Both the position numbers and the translations under genes were made by a program. This document shows positions 37,992 through 47,275 of a stretch of 64,000 bases of DNA, in pieces (the stretch's first letter is position 1; the number at the start of each line of letters is the position of its first letter). The DNA lies in assembly GCA_913043225.1 (NCBI GenBank), contig CAJWLU010000001.1, forward strand, positions 320,001 through 384,000, in the 5' to 3' direction. The DNA comes from an uncultured Acidobacteriota bacterium. GTDB lineage: Bacteria; Acidobacteriota; Vicinamibacteria; Vicinamibacterales; UBA8438. The notes beneath the pieces are model-generated. The model had not been told where the DNA came from. It made no database searches and saw only the letters and a list, made by a program, of their open reading frames with translations.

Positions 37992-38888
37992 GTGTCCGAG
38001 TCGTCCCTCCCCACAATCGCGCGTGTCGGGATCGTCGCCAAGGCCGGACTTGAAGCGGCGGCGCAAGTCGTGACCGACGTGGTGGCATGGCTGGAAAGCC
38101 GGCAGATCGAGCCAGTCGTGGAGCGTGCCACCGCCGATATGACCGGGCTGGCCGGCATCAACACCTGCGACGCCGCCGACCTCCCGGACACCACGGACCT
38201 CATCCTTGTCCTCGGGGGTGACGGCACCCTCCTCGGCATGGCGCGTCTGATCGCACGGTCGGACTCCGATCCCCCGATTCTGGCCATTAACTTCGGCAGT
38301 CTGGGCTTCCTCACCGAGACCACCCTTCCGGAGCTCTCCGACGCGCTAGCCTTAGTGGTGGACGGCGCCGCCCGGGTCGACCGCCGACGGATGCTCCGGT
38401 CGCGCGTCGTGCGCGAGGATGAGGTGCTGGCGGAGGAGATCGTCCTCAACGACGTGGTAATCACCAAGAGCGCGCTGTCCGGCATCCTAGACCTCTCGGT
38501 AACGGTGGGCGATCAGTTCGTGGCCCGGTTCCGCGCCGACGGGCTCATCGTCGCCACCCCCACCGGATCCACCGCCTACAACCTGTCGGCGGGCGGCCCC
38601 ATCGTGCACCCGCTGGTCGAGTCCGTCGTGCTGACGCCCATTGCGCCGCATACCTTGACTAATCGGCCCATCGTGTTGCCGGAAAACCCGGCCATCCAGA
38701 TCCACCCCGAACTCGATCTACGTTCGACCGAAGCGTTCGTCAGCTTCGACGGTCAGGCGGGCCATCGGCTCGAGTGCGGCGACGTGGTCACCATCGACGC
38801 GGCCGAACGGCCACTGCGGGTCATCCGTGCGGCCGCGCGTCCCTACTTCGCGGTGCTGCGTGAGAAGCTTCGCTGGGCCGAGCGCTGA
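37992..38888 (+). CDS. nadK: NAD(+) kinase
   Basis: LGGDGT, G.LGFL, LNDVVI and ADGLIVATPTGSTAYNLSAGGP motifs. Confidence 0.95.
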   Translation: MSESSLPTIARVGIVAKAGLEAAAQVVTDVVAWLESRQIEPVVERATADMTGLAGINTCDAADLPDTTDLILVLGGDGTLLGMARLIARSDSDPPILAINFGSLGFLTETTLPELSDALALVVDGAARVDRRRMLRSRVVREDEVLAEEIVLNDVVITKSALSGILDLSVTVGDQFVARFRADGLIVATPTGSTAYNLSAGGPIVHPLVESVVLTPIAPHTLTNRPIVLPENPAIQIHPELDLRSTEAFVSFDGQAGHRLECGDVVTIDAAERPLRVIRAAARPYFAVLREKLRWAER

Positions 38889-38917
38889 GCCGGGTCCGGC
38901 GAGCGGACACTGGCAGG

Positions 38918-39940
38918 GTGCCGATGTCACATGACGTCACGCTGGAGCGCATCATGGCCGCGGCACCCGCGGTCTATCGAGTCGCTCGGCGCACGCCACT
39001 GGTACCGTTTCGTCCCCTCACACCGGTCCGGGAACGAGCCCGCCGCGCCACCGATCCCGGGGACCGCCTGTATCTGAAGCTCGAGAACCTGCAACCGATC
39101 GGCGCCTTCAAGGTCCGCGGGGCTGCCAATGCCGTTGCCCGACTGGGCACGAACGCCGGGGCGTCTGGCGTCTGGACCGTGAGCGCGGGCAACGCAGCGC
39201 AGGGCGTGGCGCTCGCGGCACGCGAAGCTGGACTTTCCTGCTCGGCCCTCGTGATCGAGACCGCCCCAGCGGCCAAGATCGACGCGATCGAGCGACTGGG
39301 GGCGCGTATCGTCACCACCACCTACGACGATGCCTGGCACGTCGTGGAGGCACGCGTCGCTGACCGGCTTCCTGGACACTTCATTCATCCCTTCGACGAC
39401 GATGACTTCATCTGCGGCAATGGGACTGTGGGCCTGGAACTGATGGCGGAGCTGCCGGACATTGCCGCGGTCGTGGTCTCGGTCGGTGGCGGGGGCCTGA
39501 TCTCCGGCGTGGCTACCGCGGTCAAGGCGCTGAAGCCTGGGGTGCGGGTCTACGCGGCCGAGCCTGAAACCGCCGCGCCGCTCTCCGCATCAATAGCCAA
39601 GGGCCGAGCCAGCGTCGCGCCCAGTTGGCGGGCGTCGTTCGTGGACGGCTGCGGCGGGCAGTCCGTCACCCCTTCGATGTGGCCGCTGCTACGGGACCTC
39701 GTCGACGACACCATCGTGGTCTCGCTCGACGAGATCGCGGACGCCATGCGAGCCACTGCCGCGGGGGCGCACGTCATCAGCGAGGGCGCCGCTGGATGCG
39801 CCGTTGCCGCCGCGCTCACCGGGCGTGCCGGCCCGGGACCGATCGCCGCCATTGTCTCGGGCGGCAACATCGCCCCGACCGTGTTCGCGACGATCTTGCA
39901 GGGCGAGACGCCCGCAGCACCTGGAGACACTACGCTATGA
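38918..39940 (+). CDS. PLP-dependent threonine/serine dehydratase-like enzyme
   Basis: LKLENLQPIGAFKVRGA, SAGN.AQG, VGGGGLISG and SGGN motifs. Confidence 0.85.
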   Translation: MPMSHDVTLERIMAAAPAVYRVARRTPLVPFRPLTPVRERARRATDPGDRLYLKLENLQPIGAFKVRGAANAVARLGTNAGASGVWTVSAGNAAQGVALAAREAGLSCSALVIETAPAAKIDAIERLGARIVTTTYDDAWHVVEARVADRLPGHFIHPFDDDDFICGNGTVGLELMAELPDIAAVVVSVGGGGLISGVATAVKALKPGVRVYAAEPETAAPLSASIAKGRASVAPSWRASFVDGCGGQSVTPSMWPLLRDLVDDTIVVSLDEIADAMRATAAGAHVISEGAAGCAVAAALTGRAGPGPIAAIVSGGNIAPTVFATILQGETPAAPGDTTL

Positions 39941-40084
39941 CCACGATGGGGCTCGAGGAACTTAAACCGCCGCAGGCTCGGATCAAGTCGTGGTGCCGAG
40001 CTTCACCACCCGCGGCGTGGTCCAGGAGTACGTCGAGACGATATATACACCGGCCATCGAAAAGAGCGGCGATACACTGAACCG

Positions 40085-40504
40085 ATGATCGAGCGTCCTT
40101 CACATCTCGGCCTGCGTCACGTCGCGCTCTATGCGACCGCCTACGACCAGATGAAGCACTTCTACATCGAGCGCCTCGGGTTCGCGATCGAGTGGGAACC
40201 GAACGGCGACAACGTCTACCTCTCCTCCGGCTCAGACAACCTCGCGCTACACCGCGCCGCGGGCGACCGAGTCCTGGACGGCGGCCCGCTCGATCATATC
40301 GGGCTGATCGTGCCCACGGCCGACGACGTCGACCGCTGGGCCACCTACCTCGGTGAGCACGGCATCGCGCTCCACGCCGCGCCTCGCACCCACCGGGACG
40401 GCGCGCGTTCCCTCTACGTCCGAGATCCGGACGGAAACATCGTCCAGATCATCCACCACCCCCCGATCAGCATCGTGCCGATTGCTTTCGAGGCCCACCC
40501 GTAA
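40085..40504 (+). CDS. VOC/glyoxalase family protein
   Basis: GLRHVAL, LDHIG and THRDGARSLY.RDPDGN motifs. Confidence 0.88.
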   Translation: MIERPSHLGLRHVALYATAYDQMKHFYIERLGFAIEWEPNGDNVYLSSGSDNLALHRAAGDRVLDGGPLDHIGLIVPTADDVDRWATYLGEHGIALHAAPRTHRDGARSLYVRDPDGNIVQIIHHPPISIVPIAFEAHP

Positions 40505-40538
40505 GCTCATCCCCCTCGTCTCGGGGTAAGATCGCGGG

Positions 40539-40997
40539 ATGGTCCCACGATCGGCGACGCAGTCCAAATGCACGCTCTGCGGCGCGAAGGAGGTGTCCGA
40601 ACCTCGCGGCGAAGCGAAGTATTGCCACGACTGCTGGGACAAAAAGATCGCTGTCGAGGACATCGTGGCCCGGGAGCTGGCGCTCAAACGCTACATCAGG
40701 GCGCACAGCGCCGAGAAGTATCTCGTCTACCACTCGACGCTGAAACGGCCCTGTGGTCAGCTCATCGTGGTCGATGACGGATACGACCTCTTCCTGACGC
40801 TGGTGCTATACCAGACGTTCGGCTGGGACGAACCGGCGTATCATCTAGAAGGCGACCCTGAGGGTCGTTCGTTCGCCGAGATCCTGGTCGATGTGGTCGC
40901 GGCAGAGGTCATCGAACCGTGGGGCGGTGGCAAGTGGCATCTGGAGATCTTCCGAACCAACCACGCCGAGCCAGAAGACTGGAACGGCGAGATGTAG
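40539..40997 (+). CDS. Hypothetical protein with an N-terminal CxxC...CxxC zinc finger
   Basis: CTLC and CHDC motifs; plausible coding composition. Confidence 0.7.
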   Translation: MVPRSATQSKCTLCGAKEVSEPRGEAKYCHDCWDKKIAVEDIVARELALKRYIRAHSAEKYLVYHSTLKRPCGQLIVVDDGYDLFLTLVLYQTFGWDEPAYHLEGDPEGRSFAEILVDVVAAEVIEPWGGGKWHLEIFRTNHAEPEDWNGEM

Positions 40998-41088
40998 GAA
41001 GATCCTGATCGCTAGTTGAAGTTTGTCGGCGGAGCGCCATATAATCCGCCGGTTCGTTCTACTGGGTACAATCCCGGAGGTGGTGCAC

Positions 41089-41670
41089 ATGAGACGCGCG
41101 AAGCTAGCGGCGCTGCTCGGAGTAATGGTCGTCAGCGTGGCGGCGACCGGTTGCGGCGGAGAAGAAGAAGTAGAAGTGCCTGAGGGCGCGATGATCGATA
41201 TGTCGCTCCCCGACGTGCAGCTGCGACCGCTCCTCGAGGCAATGGAGGGTGACGACGCTGTGCAGCTGGTCGCGACCGTGCGCGGCCCAGGCCAGATCGG
41301 CTACCTTCAGCCACAACCCCGCCGCGAAGGAAGTGAAGTGGTTACAACCTTCGTGATCAAGAACGTGTCTCTGGGACACCTGGCAGGATTCAAGATCGAC
41401 GAATTCTGGTATAACGACGCTGGCGACACCTTGACCGGGTCGTCCTACCGAATGAAGCAGCCCTTCATGCAAGACCAGGTCATTCAGGTTACGTTGCATA
41501 CGCCTCGCAGCCCGAACGCCAGCCGAAGCAACTGGGAATTCTCGCACCAGGGCGGCGTGATCGAAGCCAATCTGTTCGACGAGGTCGAGGAGCCGACTCT
41601 GCTCATCGACGGCGACGAAGTGACCGAAGTCGAGCCTGAAGCTGAAGAAGAAGCGGACCCGGCTGCCTGA
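41089..41670 (+). CDS. Lipoprotein, hypothetical
   Basis: RBS GGAGG; signal MRRAKLAALLGVMVVSVAATG-C with lipobox. Confidence 0.7.
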   Translation: MRRAKLAALLGVMVVSVAATGCGGEEEVEVPEGAMIDMSLPDVQLRPLLEAMEGDDAVQLVATVRGPGQIGYLQPQPRREGSEVVTTFVIKNVSLGHLAGFKIDEFWYNDAGDTLTGSSYRMKQPFMQDQVIQVTLHTPRSPNASRSNWEFSHQGGVIEANLFDEVEEPTLLIDGDEVTEVEPEAEEEADPAA

Positions 41671-41696
41671 TCTCGGCAGAAGCCATACAGCCGAAG

Positions 41697-41732
41697 AGAC
41701 CGTCCGGACCGATGGTCCAGGGCGGTCTTTTT
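41697..41732 (+). terminator. Rho-independent terminator
   Basis: AGACCGTCC GGACC-GAT-GGTCC A GGGCGGTCT followed by TTTT, downstream of the lipoprotein gene. Confidence 0.7.
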
Positions 41733-41841
41733 GTGTACGCACGACCGCCCACCAGACCATCCTCGGCGCTCGCACGTCCTACTTGATGTGAGAATCGGGA
41801 GTCAGAGAGCCCAAGAAACGGCCGCTGCTATACTCCCCGCC

Positions 41842-43023
41842 ATGGGACTCGACATCGCCGCGATCCAGCAGGCGTTGTGCGACGACGAACTCGACGGGTG
41901 GCTCCTGTGCGACTTCCACGGGTCAAATCCGATCGCACGCGGTCTCGTAGGACTTGCCGCCTCGGGGGCGTTGACCACCCGCCGGTGGTACTACCTGATC
42001 CCAGCGTCCGGCACCCCCCGGGGACTCGTCCATGCGATCGAGCGGGACCGACTGGATCATCTGCCAGGAGAGACCGTGACCTACGCCGGCCATGGGGCAT
42101 TGGCGGCTGGTCTAGAGCAGCTGCTGTCTGGGTGCCGCACCGTCGCCATGGAGTACTCGCCGCGCTGCGCGATTCCGTATGTCTCGCGCGTGGACGCCGG
42201 CACGATAGACACCATCCGGGCCCACGACATCGAGGTCCGCTCGTCAGGCGACCTCATTCAGCGCTTCGAAGCGGTGTGGAACGCCGCAGCACTCGAGACC
42301 CATCTCGCGGCCTCCAAGGCGCTCTACGACATCAAGGACAACGCCTTCGATTTGGTCCGGCAGCGTTTTGACAGCGCGACCCCGGTCACCGAGCTCGAGA
42401 TCCAGGACGCCATGGCCGCATGGTTCGAAGAATTCGGACTCGTGAGCGACTCCCGCCCGGTGGTGGCGGCCCAGGAGAACGCCGGAGACCCACACTACCT
42501 GCCAACCCCCGCCCGCCATCGCGGCCTGGGGGAGAACGAGATTCTACTGCTCGATCTCTGGGGCAAACTGGACCGCCCCGGCGCCGTGTTCGCCGATATC
42601 ACCTGGATGGGTTACACCGGCGCCGAGATTCCGACGCGCTATGCCAGGGCCTTCAACGTGATCCGTGATGCTCGCGACACGGCAATCGACCTCGTCGACG
42701 GTCGCATACGTGAGGGCCAACCGCTGCGAGGGTGGGAAGTGGACCGAGCTGCACGTGAACGAGTGGCAGCGGCCGGCCTCGCCGCCTACTTCGTCCATCG
42801 CACGGGTCACAGCCTGGGAGAGGAGGTCCACGGCAATGGGGTGCATTTGGACGACTTCGAGACTCATGACGACCGCCGGTTGCTGACCGGTTCCGGCGTC
42901 ACGGTCGAACCGGGAGTCTATTTCGAGGATTTTGGTCTGCGAACGGAGATCAACCTGTTCGTCGAGACCGATGGAGCACGGGTGACCGGGCCGCGCCAAA
43001 CCGAAATCCGGCCGCTGAGGTAA
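41842..43023 (+). CDS. M24 family metallopeptidase (aminopeptidase P-like)
   Basis: DPHY, LLDLW, ADITW, HRTGHSLG..VHG, EPGVY and RTE motifs. Confidence 0.88.
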   Translation: MGLDIAAIQQALCDDELDGWLLCDFHGSNPIARGLVGLAASGALTTRRWYYLIPASGTPRGLVHAIERDRLDHLPGETVTYAGHGALAAGLEQLLSGCRTVAMEYSPRCAIPYVSRVDAGTIDTIRAHDIEVRSSGDLIQRFEAVWNAAALETHLAASKALYDIKDNAFDLVRQRFDSATPVTELEIQDAMAAWFEEFGLVSDSRPVVAAQENAGDPHYLPTPARHRGLGENEILLLDLWGKLDRPGAVFADITWMGYTGAEIPTRYARAFNVIRDARDTAIDLVDGRIREGQPLRGWEVDRAARERVAAAGLAAYFVHRTGHSLGEEVHGNGVHLDDFETHDDRRLLTGSGVTVEPGVYFEDFGLRTEINLFVETDGARVTGPRQTEIRPLR

Positions 43024-43050
43024 GGTAGGGGAACATAGGTGGAGGACAGG

Positions 43051-44568
43051 ATGCCTACAGGTAGGAATCGGCTGTTTTCGGGGGTCCTGATCGCTGTCAC
43101 ATCGATGGCGATCGGCTTAGTGCTCGCCGCACGGCTCGACCTCACGTCGGGCTCGTCGGCCCAGACGTTCATCGCGTCGACCCTCCCGCCGATGAATAGC
43201 ACCCCCATCGAGGGCCAGCTGACCGCGACCACGTTCCGTGACATCGCGTCGGCGCAAAGCCCGATGGTGGTCAACATCAGAACCGAGGCGACACGACAAG
43301 GCCGCGACCTGAGCGAGCTGTTCGGCGGCAACGGCGGCGACGAGCTATTCCGACGGTTCTTCGGAGACCCTCCCGAGGGAGACCAGGAACCACGCGAGGA
43401 GACCACGGTGGCGGCGGGCACCGGCTTCGTCATCGACGAAGCGGGCTACATCGTGACCAACAACCACGTCGTCGAAGACGCCACCAAGATCGAGGTGACG
43501 TTCCTCGACGACGATACCGCCTACGAGGCGGAGGTGGTTGGACAGGATCGCCTGACTGATAGCGCGCTCCTCCAGCTGATCGAGCGGCCCGACAGCCCGT
43601 TGGCGGTCGCGACCTTTGGTGACTCGAGTCAGATGCAGGCGGGCGACTGGGTCATGGCCATCGGCAACCCGTTCGGTCTCGGTCACACCGTAACGGTGGG
43701 CGTGGTGAGCGCCGTCGGCCGGCCGTTCGAACAGGTCCGGGGACGTGCGCAGAATGTCATCCAGACCGACGCCGCCATCAATCCAGGTAACTCCGGCGGC
43801 CCGCTGCTGAATGTCCGCGGTGAGGTAATTGGGATCAACACCGCCATCGTGAGTGATCGGCCGAGCAATCTCGGCATTGGCTACGCCATGCCGATTAACA
43901 CGGTACGCGAGCTGCTGCCGCAACTCCGGACCGGCAGGGTCACCAGAGGCGTCATCGGCGTGTCGATCATCCCGGTCACCAACGACGACTACGAAGAGCT
44001 AGGACTCGACGAGGCACGGGGTGCGATCATCTCCCGCATCGAACCGGGAATGCCGGCTGACAACTCAGAGTTGGAGCCGGGAGACGTCATCGTCGCCTAT
44101 GACGGCGAGCCAGTGCGAAACATCGAGGATCTGCAGTCCAAGGTGACGGCGACGCCGCCCGGAACCGTGGTGAACCTCGGCGTCTACAGGGGCGGCGCGC
44201 CGGGGACGGTCGAGATCACCATCGGTGAGCTGGATCTCGAGAACCAGGGGCGCCAGGCCCGGCGAGAAGTCGAGGATCTAAACAGTGGGTTCGGCATGAA
44301 CCTACAGGACCTGACCGCCGAGAACGCGCGCGAGCTAGAACTCGGCGGCGGGGTCTCTGGCGCCGTCGTCAGCGGGATCGACAACGGTGGGGCCGCCCAG
44401 CGCGGCGGAGTCGTACCCGGCGACGTGATCACCGCGATCAACCAGCAGGAGGTCGGCAGCGCGGCCGAGGCGGTACGCGAGCTAAATCGGATCGAGTCTG
44501 GCCGCACCGCGTTCCTGCTTATCCAGCGACGAGACGGTCAGGTGTTCCTGCGGGTGCGCAAGGAGTAG
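43051..44568 (+). CDS. degP: DegP/DegQ (Do-family) serine protease with two PDZ domains
   Basis: TNNHVV, TDSAL, IQTDAAINPGNSGGPL and two PDZ domains. RBS GGAGGA. Confidence 0.92.
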   Translation: MPTGRNRLFSGVLIAVTSMAIGLVLAARLDLTSGSSAQTFIASTLPPMNSTPIEGQLTATTFRDIASAQSPMVVNIRTEATRQGRDLSELFGGNGGDELFRRFFGDPPEGDQEPREETTVAAGTGFVIDEAGYIVTNNHVVEDATKIEVTFLDDDTAYEAEVVGQDRLTDSALLQLIERPDSPLAVATFGDSSQMQAGDWVMAIGNPFGLGHTVTVGVVSAVGRPFEQVRGRAQNVIQTDAAINPGNSGGPLLNVRGEVIGINTAIVSDRPSNLGIGYAMPINTVRELLPQLRTGRVTRGVIGVSIIPVTNDDYEELGLDEARGAIISRIEPGMPADNSELEPGDVIVAYDGEPVRNIEDLQSKVTATPPGTVVNLGVYRGGAPGTVEITIGELDLENQGRQARREVEDLNSGFGMNLQDLTAENARELELGGGVSGAVVSGIDNGGAAQRGGVVPGDVITAINQQEVGSAAEAVRELNRIESGRTAFLLIQRRDGQVFLRVRKE

Positions 44569-44581
44569 CTGCCGCCCCCGA

Positions 44582-45745
44582 ATGTCGATACGGTTGGACG
44601 CGCTGATCGCCGAGCGGATCCGGAACGCCGGACCGCTCACGGCGGCCGCGTTCATGGAGCTGGCCCTCTATCACCCCACACTCGGCTATTACACCCGCGC
44701 GTCCAAACGCACCGGGCGCGCGGGTGACTTCTACACGAGCGTCGACGTCGGCCCGCAGTTCGGTGCCCTGCTGGCGGCGCAGCTCGATGAAATGCGACGC
44801 CAGCTCGCTTCCCCATCCTTCGACTTGGTCGAGGTCGCGGCCGGCAACGGGCAGCTCAGCCGGGATATCCTCGATGCGTCCGCCGCGCGTTATCCTGAGC
44901 TCTACGAATCACTCCGGGTCAATCTCGTCGAGACCAGTCCGGCGGCACGGCAGGTTCATGCCGACACGCTGGCTCCGCATAAGGCCAAGCTCGAAGCGTC
45001 GACCGCGGCGCTACCCAACACCGTCACCGGGGTCATCTTCGCCAACGAACTCCTTGACGCGCTGCCCACCCATGCCGTGACCATGACCGAGACGGGACTC
45101 GCCGAGATCTACGTCGCGCTTGACGGCGACCGCCTGGTCGAATGTCTCGGACCGCCGTCAACGCCGGCGCTGGCGTCATATCTAGAGCGGCTCGACCTGG
45201 AACTCGCGCCCGGCTGGCGGGGGGAGATCTGCCTGAGCGCAATGGAGTGGGTCCGGACCGCGGCGAACCGGCTAAACCGGGGCTTCATGCTTCTCGTCGA
45301 CTACGGTCACACCGCCGACCGGCTCTATGAGGGGCATCATGTACGCGGCACCCTGACGACCTTCACCAGCCATCTCGTCGACGCCGCCTCGCAGTCCGGC
45401 GAGGGGCCCCGTGGGCCCGCCTGGCTTAGCGAGCCTGGCGACCGCGACATAACGGCGCACGTGGACATCACGTCTGTGTGCGACTCCGCCCGCAAGGCCG
45501 GGCTGGATCTCCTCGGCGTCGTGGACCAGAGCCGGTTCCTTCTTGGACTTGGCGCAGTGGACGAGCCAGCGATGGACCACGACCCTCGAGCGCAGTTGCG
45601 GCATCGGCTGGCGCTCAAGACGCTGCTGGTGCCCGGCGGGCTGGGCAGCACGCACCAGGTCATGTTCTTCGGACGCGGCGTTGGGACTCCGACCCTTGCG
45701 GGTCTGTCTCTTAGTCCAAGTGTCCAGGGCAAGCCATCACCATGA
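44582..45745 (+). CDS. MidA/NDUFAF7-like SAM-dependent methyltransferase (DUF185)
   Basis: FMELALYHP..GYY, GDFYTS, ANELLDALP, DYG and DITAHVD motifs. Confidence 0.88.
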   Translation: MSIRLDALIAERIRNAGPLTAAAFMELALYHPTLGYYTRASKRTGRAGDFYTSVDVGPQFGALLAAQLDEMRRQLASPSFDLVEVAAGNGQLSRDILDASAARYPELYESLRVNLVETSPAARQVHADTLAPHKAKLEASTAALPNTVTGVIFANELLDALPTHAVTMTETGLAEIYVALDGDRLVECLGPPSTPALASYLERLDLELAPGWRGEICLSAMEWVRTAANRLNRGFMLLVDYGHTADRLYEGHHVRGTLTTFTSHLVDAASQSGEGPRGPAWLSEPGDRDITAHVDITSVCDSARKAGLDLLGVVDQSRFLLGLGAVDEPAMDHDPRAQLRHRLALKTLLVPGGLGSTHQVMFFGRGVGTPTLAGLSLSPSVQGKPSP

Positions 45746-46302
45746 CCGGCCCAATCGAGCGGGAGATCAAGCTCGCCTACGCGTCACCAGATGAAGCCAG
45801 ACGCGCGGTGATGGCGCTCGGAGTGATCCCGCGCCGCCAACGAAGGCTTCAGCAGGACAGCCTCCTCGACCGCGGCACGGACCCCCTGGTCGATCGCAGG
45901 CAGACCCTCCGTGTGCGACGGGACGGCGACCGGGCCTGGCTCACCTTCAAGGGGGCCCCACTGCCCGGTCCCACCAAGGCGCGGGAAGAACTGGAGACGG
46001 AAGTAGAGGACGCCGACCGCCTCCTGCAACTCCTTGCACGTCTTGGCTTCGAAATGCGGTTCCGGTACGAGAAGTATCGTGAAGAGTTCGACTGTGGCGC
46101 GCTCGTCGTCACGGTCGACGAAACGCCCATCGGCACGTTCGTCGAACTCGAAGGCGAAGAACACGACGTGATCGAAACAGCGAAGCGTCTCGGGCGGTCG
46201 CCGGCCGACTTCATCCTAGCCTCCTACCGGGAGCTCTTCCTAGTGTTTCAGGCAGAGTCTGGATCCACCGCCTCTCACATGCGGTTCGACGACCTGACAT
46301 GA
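45742..46302 (+). CDS. CYTH domain protein (class IV adenylate cyclase-like)
   Basis: EREIK, LRVR, LTFKG, REELE, YEKYR and FVELEG motifs. Confidence 0.88.
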   Translation: MTGPIEREIKLAYASPDEARRAVMALGVIPRRQRRLQQDSLLDRGTDPLVDRRQTLRVRRDGDRAWLTFKGAPLPGPTKAREELETEVEDADRLLQLLARLGFEMRFRYEKYREEFDCGALVVTVDETPIGTFVELEGEEHDVIETAKRLGRSPADFILASYRELFLVFQAESGSTASHMRFDDLT

Positions 46303-47261
46303 CTGCCCTTCCTCCGGCTCTCATCCTCGCCGCCGGCCTCGGCACAAGACTCCACCCTCTGACAGCCCAGCGGGCCAAGCCGGCGCTCCCGGTGGCGGGC
46401 CAGCCGTTCATCCGCCGGGTGCTCACCTCGCTGGCCACGCAGGGCGTTCGACAGGTGGTGATCAACCTGCATCACCGTCCCGAAACTATCTCGGCTGTGG
46501 TCGGTGACGGAAGCGATCTCGGATGTGAGGTGCGCTATTCCTGGGAGCCTCGGATCCTCGGCTCTGCCGGGGGGCCTAGACGCGCCCTTCCGCTGCTTGG
46601 CGAACGCTTCTTCCTTTTAAACGGAGACACGCTGTGCGACGTCGATCTGCACGCGCTCGCCCGAACCCATCGGGAGCGGCACGCGACAGTGACACTGGCC
46701 ACGACCCCCAACCCGGCGCCGGACCGCTATGGCACCCTCCTGAGCCAGGACGGAACTTGGATCGACGGAGTACGACCTGCCGGCGCCCCCGGCGCCGAAG
46801 GCTGGCACTTCGTCGGGGTACAGCTGGTGGAAGCCGCGCCGTTCACTGCGCTCGAAGACGGGAAACCCGCCGCCACCATTGGCGGGCTCTACGACCGTCT
46901 GTGGGCACGCTCTGGACAGATCGGGCTCTTTCGGGTCGAGGGACCGTTCCATGACATCGGCACCCCGCTCGACTACTTGAAGACCACCAGAGCCATCGCG
47001 GCTCGAGAGAACCGGTCCACCCCACTGCGGGGCGACGGATGCCTAGTCGACCCCACCGCGGATCTCCGGGGTTGTCTGCTCTGGGACCGAGTGCAGGTTG
47101 GCGCTGGGTGCCGGCTCACGGACTGCATCCTGGGGAACGATGTCCAAGTGCCTGACGGCACCCGGCTCGCGCGTCAGGCCGTGGTGCCGTGGACGCCCGA
47201 GGCCGCTGGCAGTGGCCGCGAACGGCGCGATGGGAATCTGTGTCTGGTCGATCTGGACTAA
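46299..47261 (+). CDS. Sugar-phosphate nucleotidyltransferase (MurU-like) with a C-terminal left-handed beta-helix
   Basis: LILAAGLGTRL.PLT..RAKP, NGD and DIGTP motifs. Adjacent to an AmgK-like kinase. Confidence 0.8.
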   Translation: MTALPPALILAAGLGTRLHPLTAQRAKPALPVAGQPFIRRVLTSLATQGVRQVVINLHHRPETISAVVGDGSDLGCEVRYSWEPRILGSAGGPRRALPLLGERFFLLNGDTLCDVDLHALARTHRERHATVTLATTPNPAPDRYGTLLSQDGTWIDGVRPAGAPGAEGWHFVGVQLVEAAPFTALEDGKPAATIGGLYDRLWARSGQIGLFRVEGPFHDIGTPLDYLKTTRAIAARENRSTPLRGDGCLVDPTADLRGCLLWDRVQVGAGCRLTDCILGNDVQVPDGTRLARQAVVPWTPEAAGSGRERRDGNLCLVDLD

Positions 47262-47275
47262 AACACGACGCGACG

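Noticed and set aside
39937..40080. Short ORF MTTMGLEE... overlapping the dehydratase stop
   Set aside because: 47 aa with no recognisable motif and atypical composition; it runs over the next gene's -10 box.
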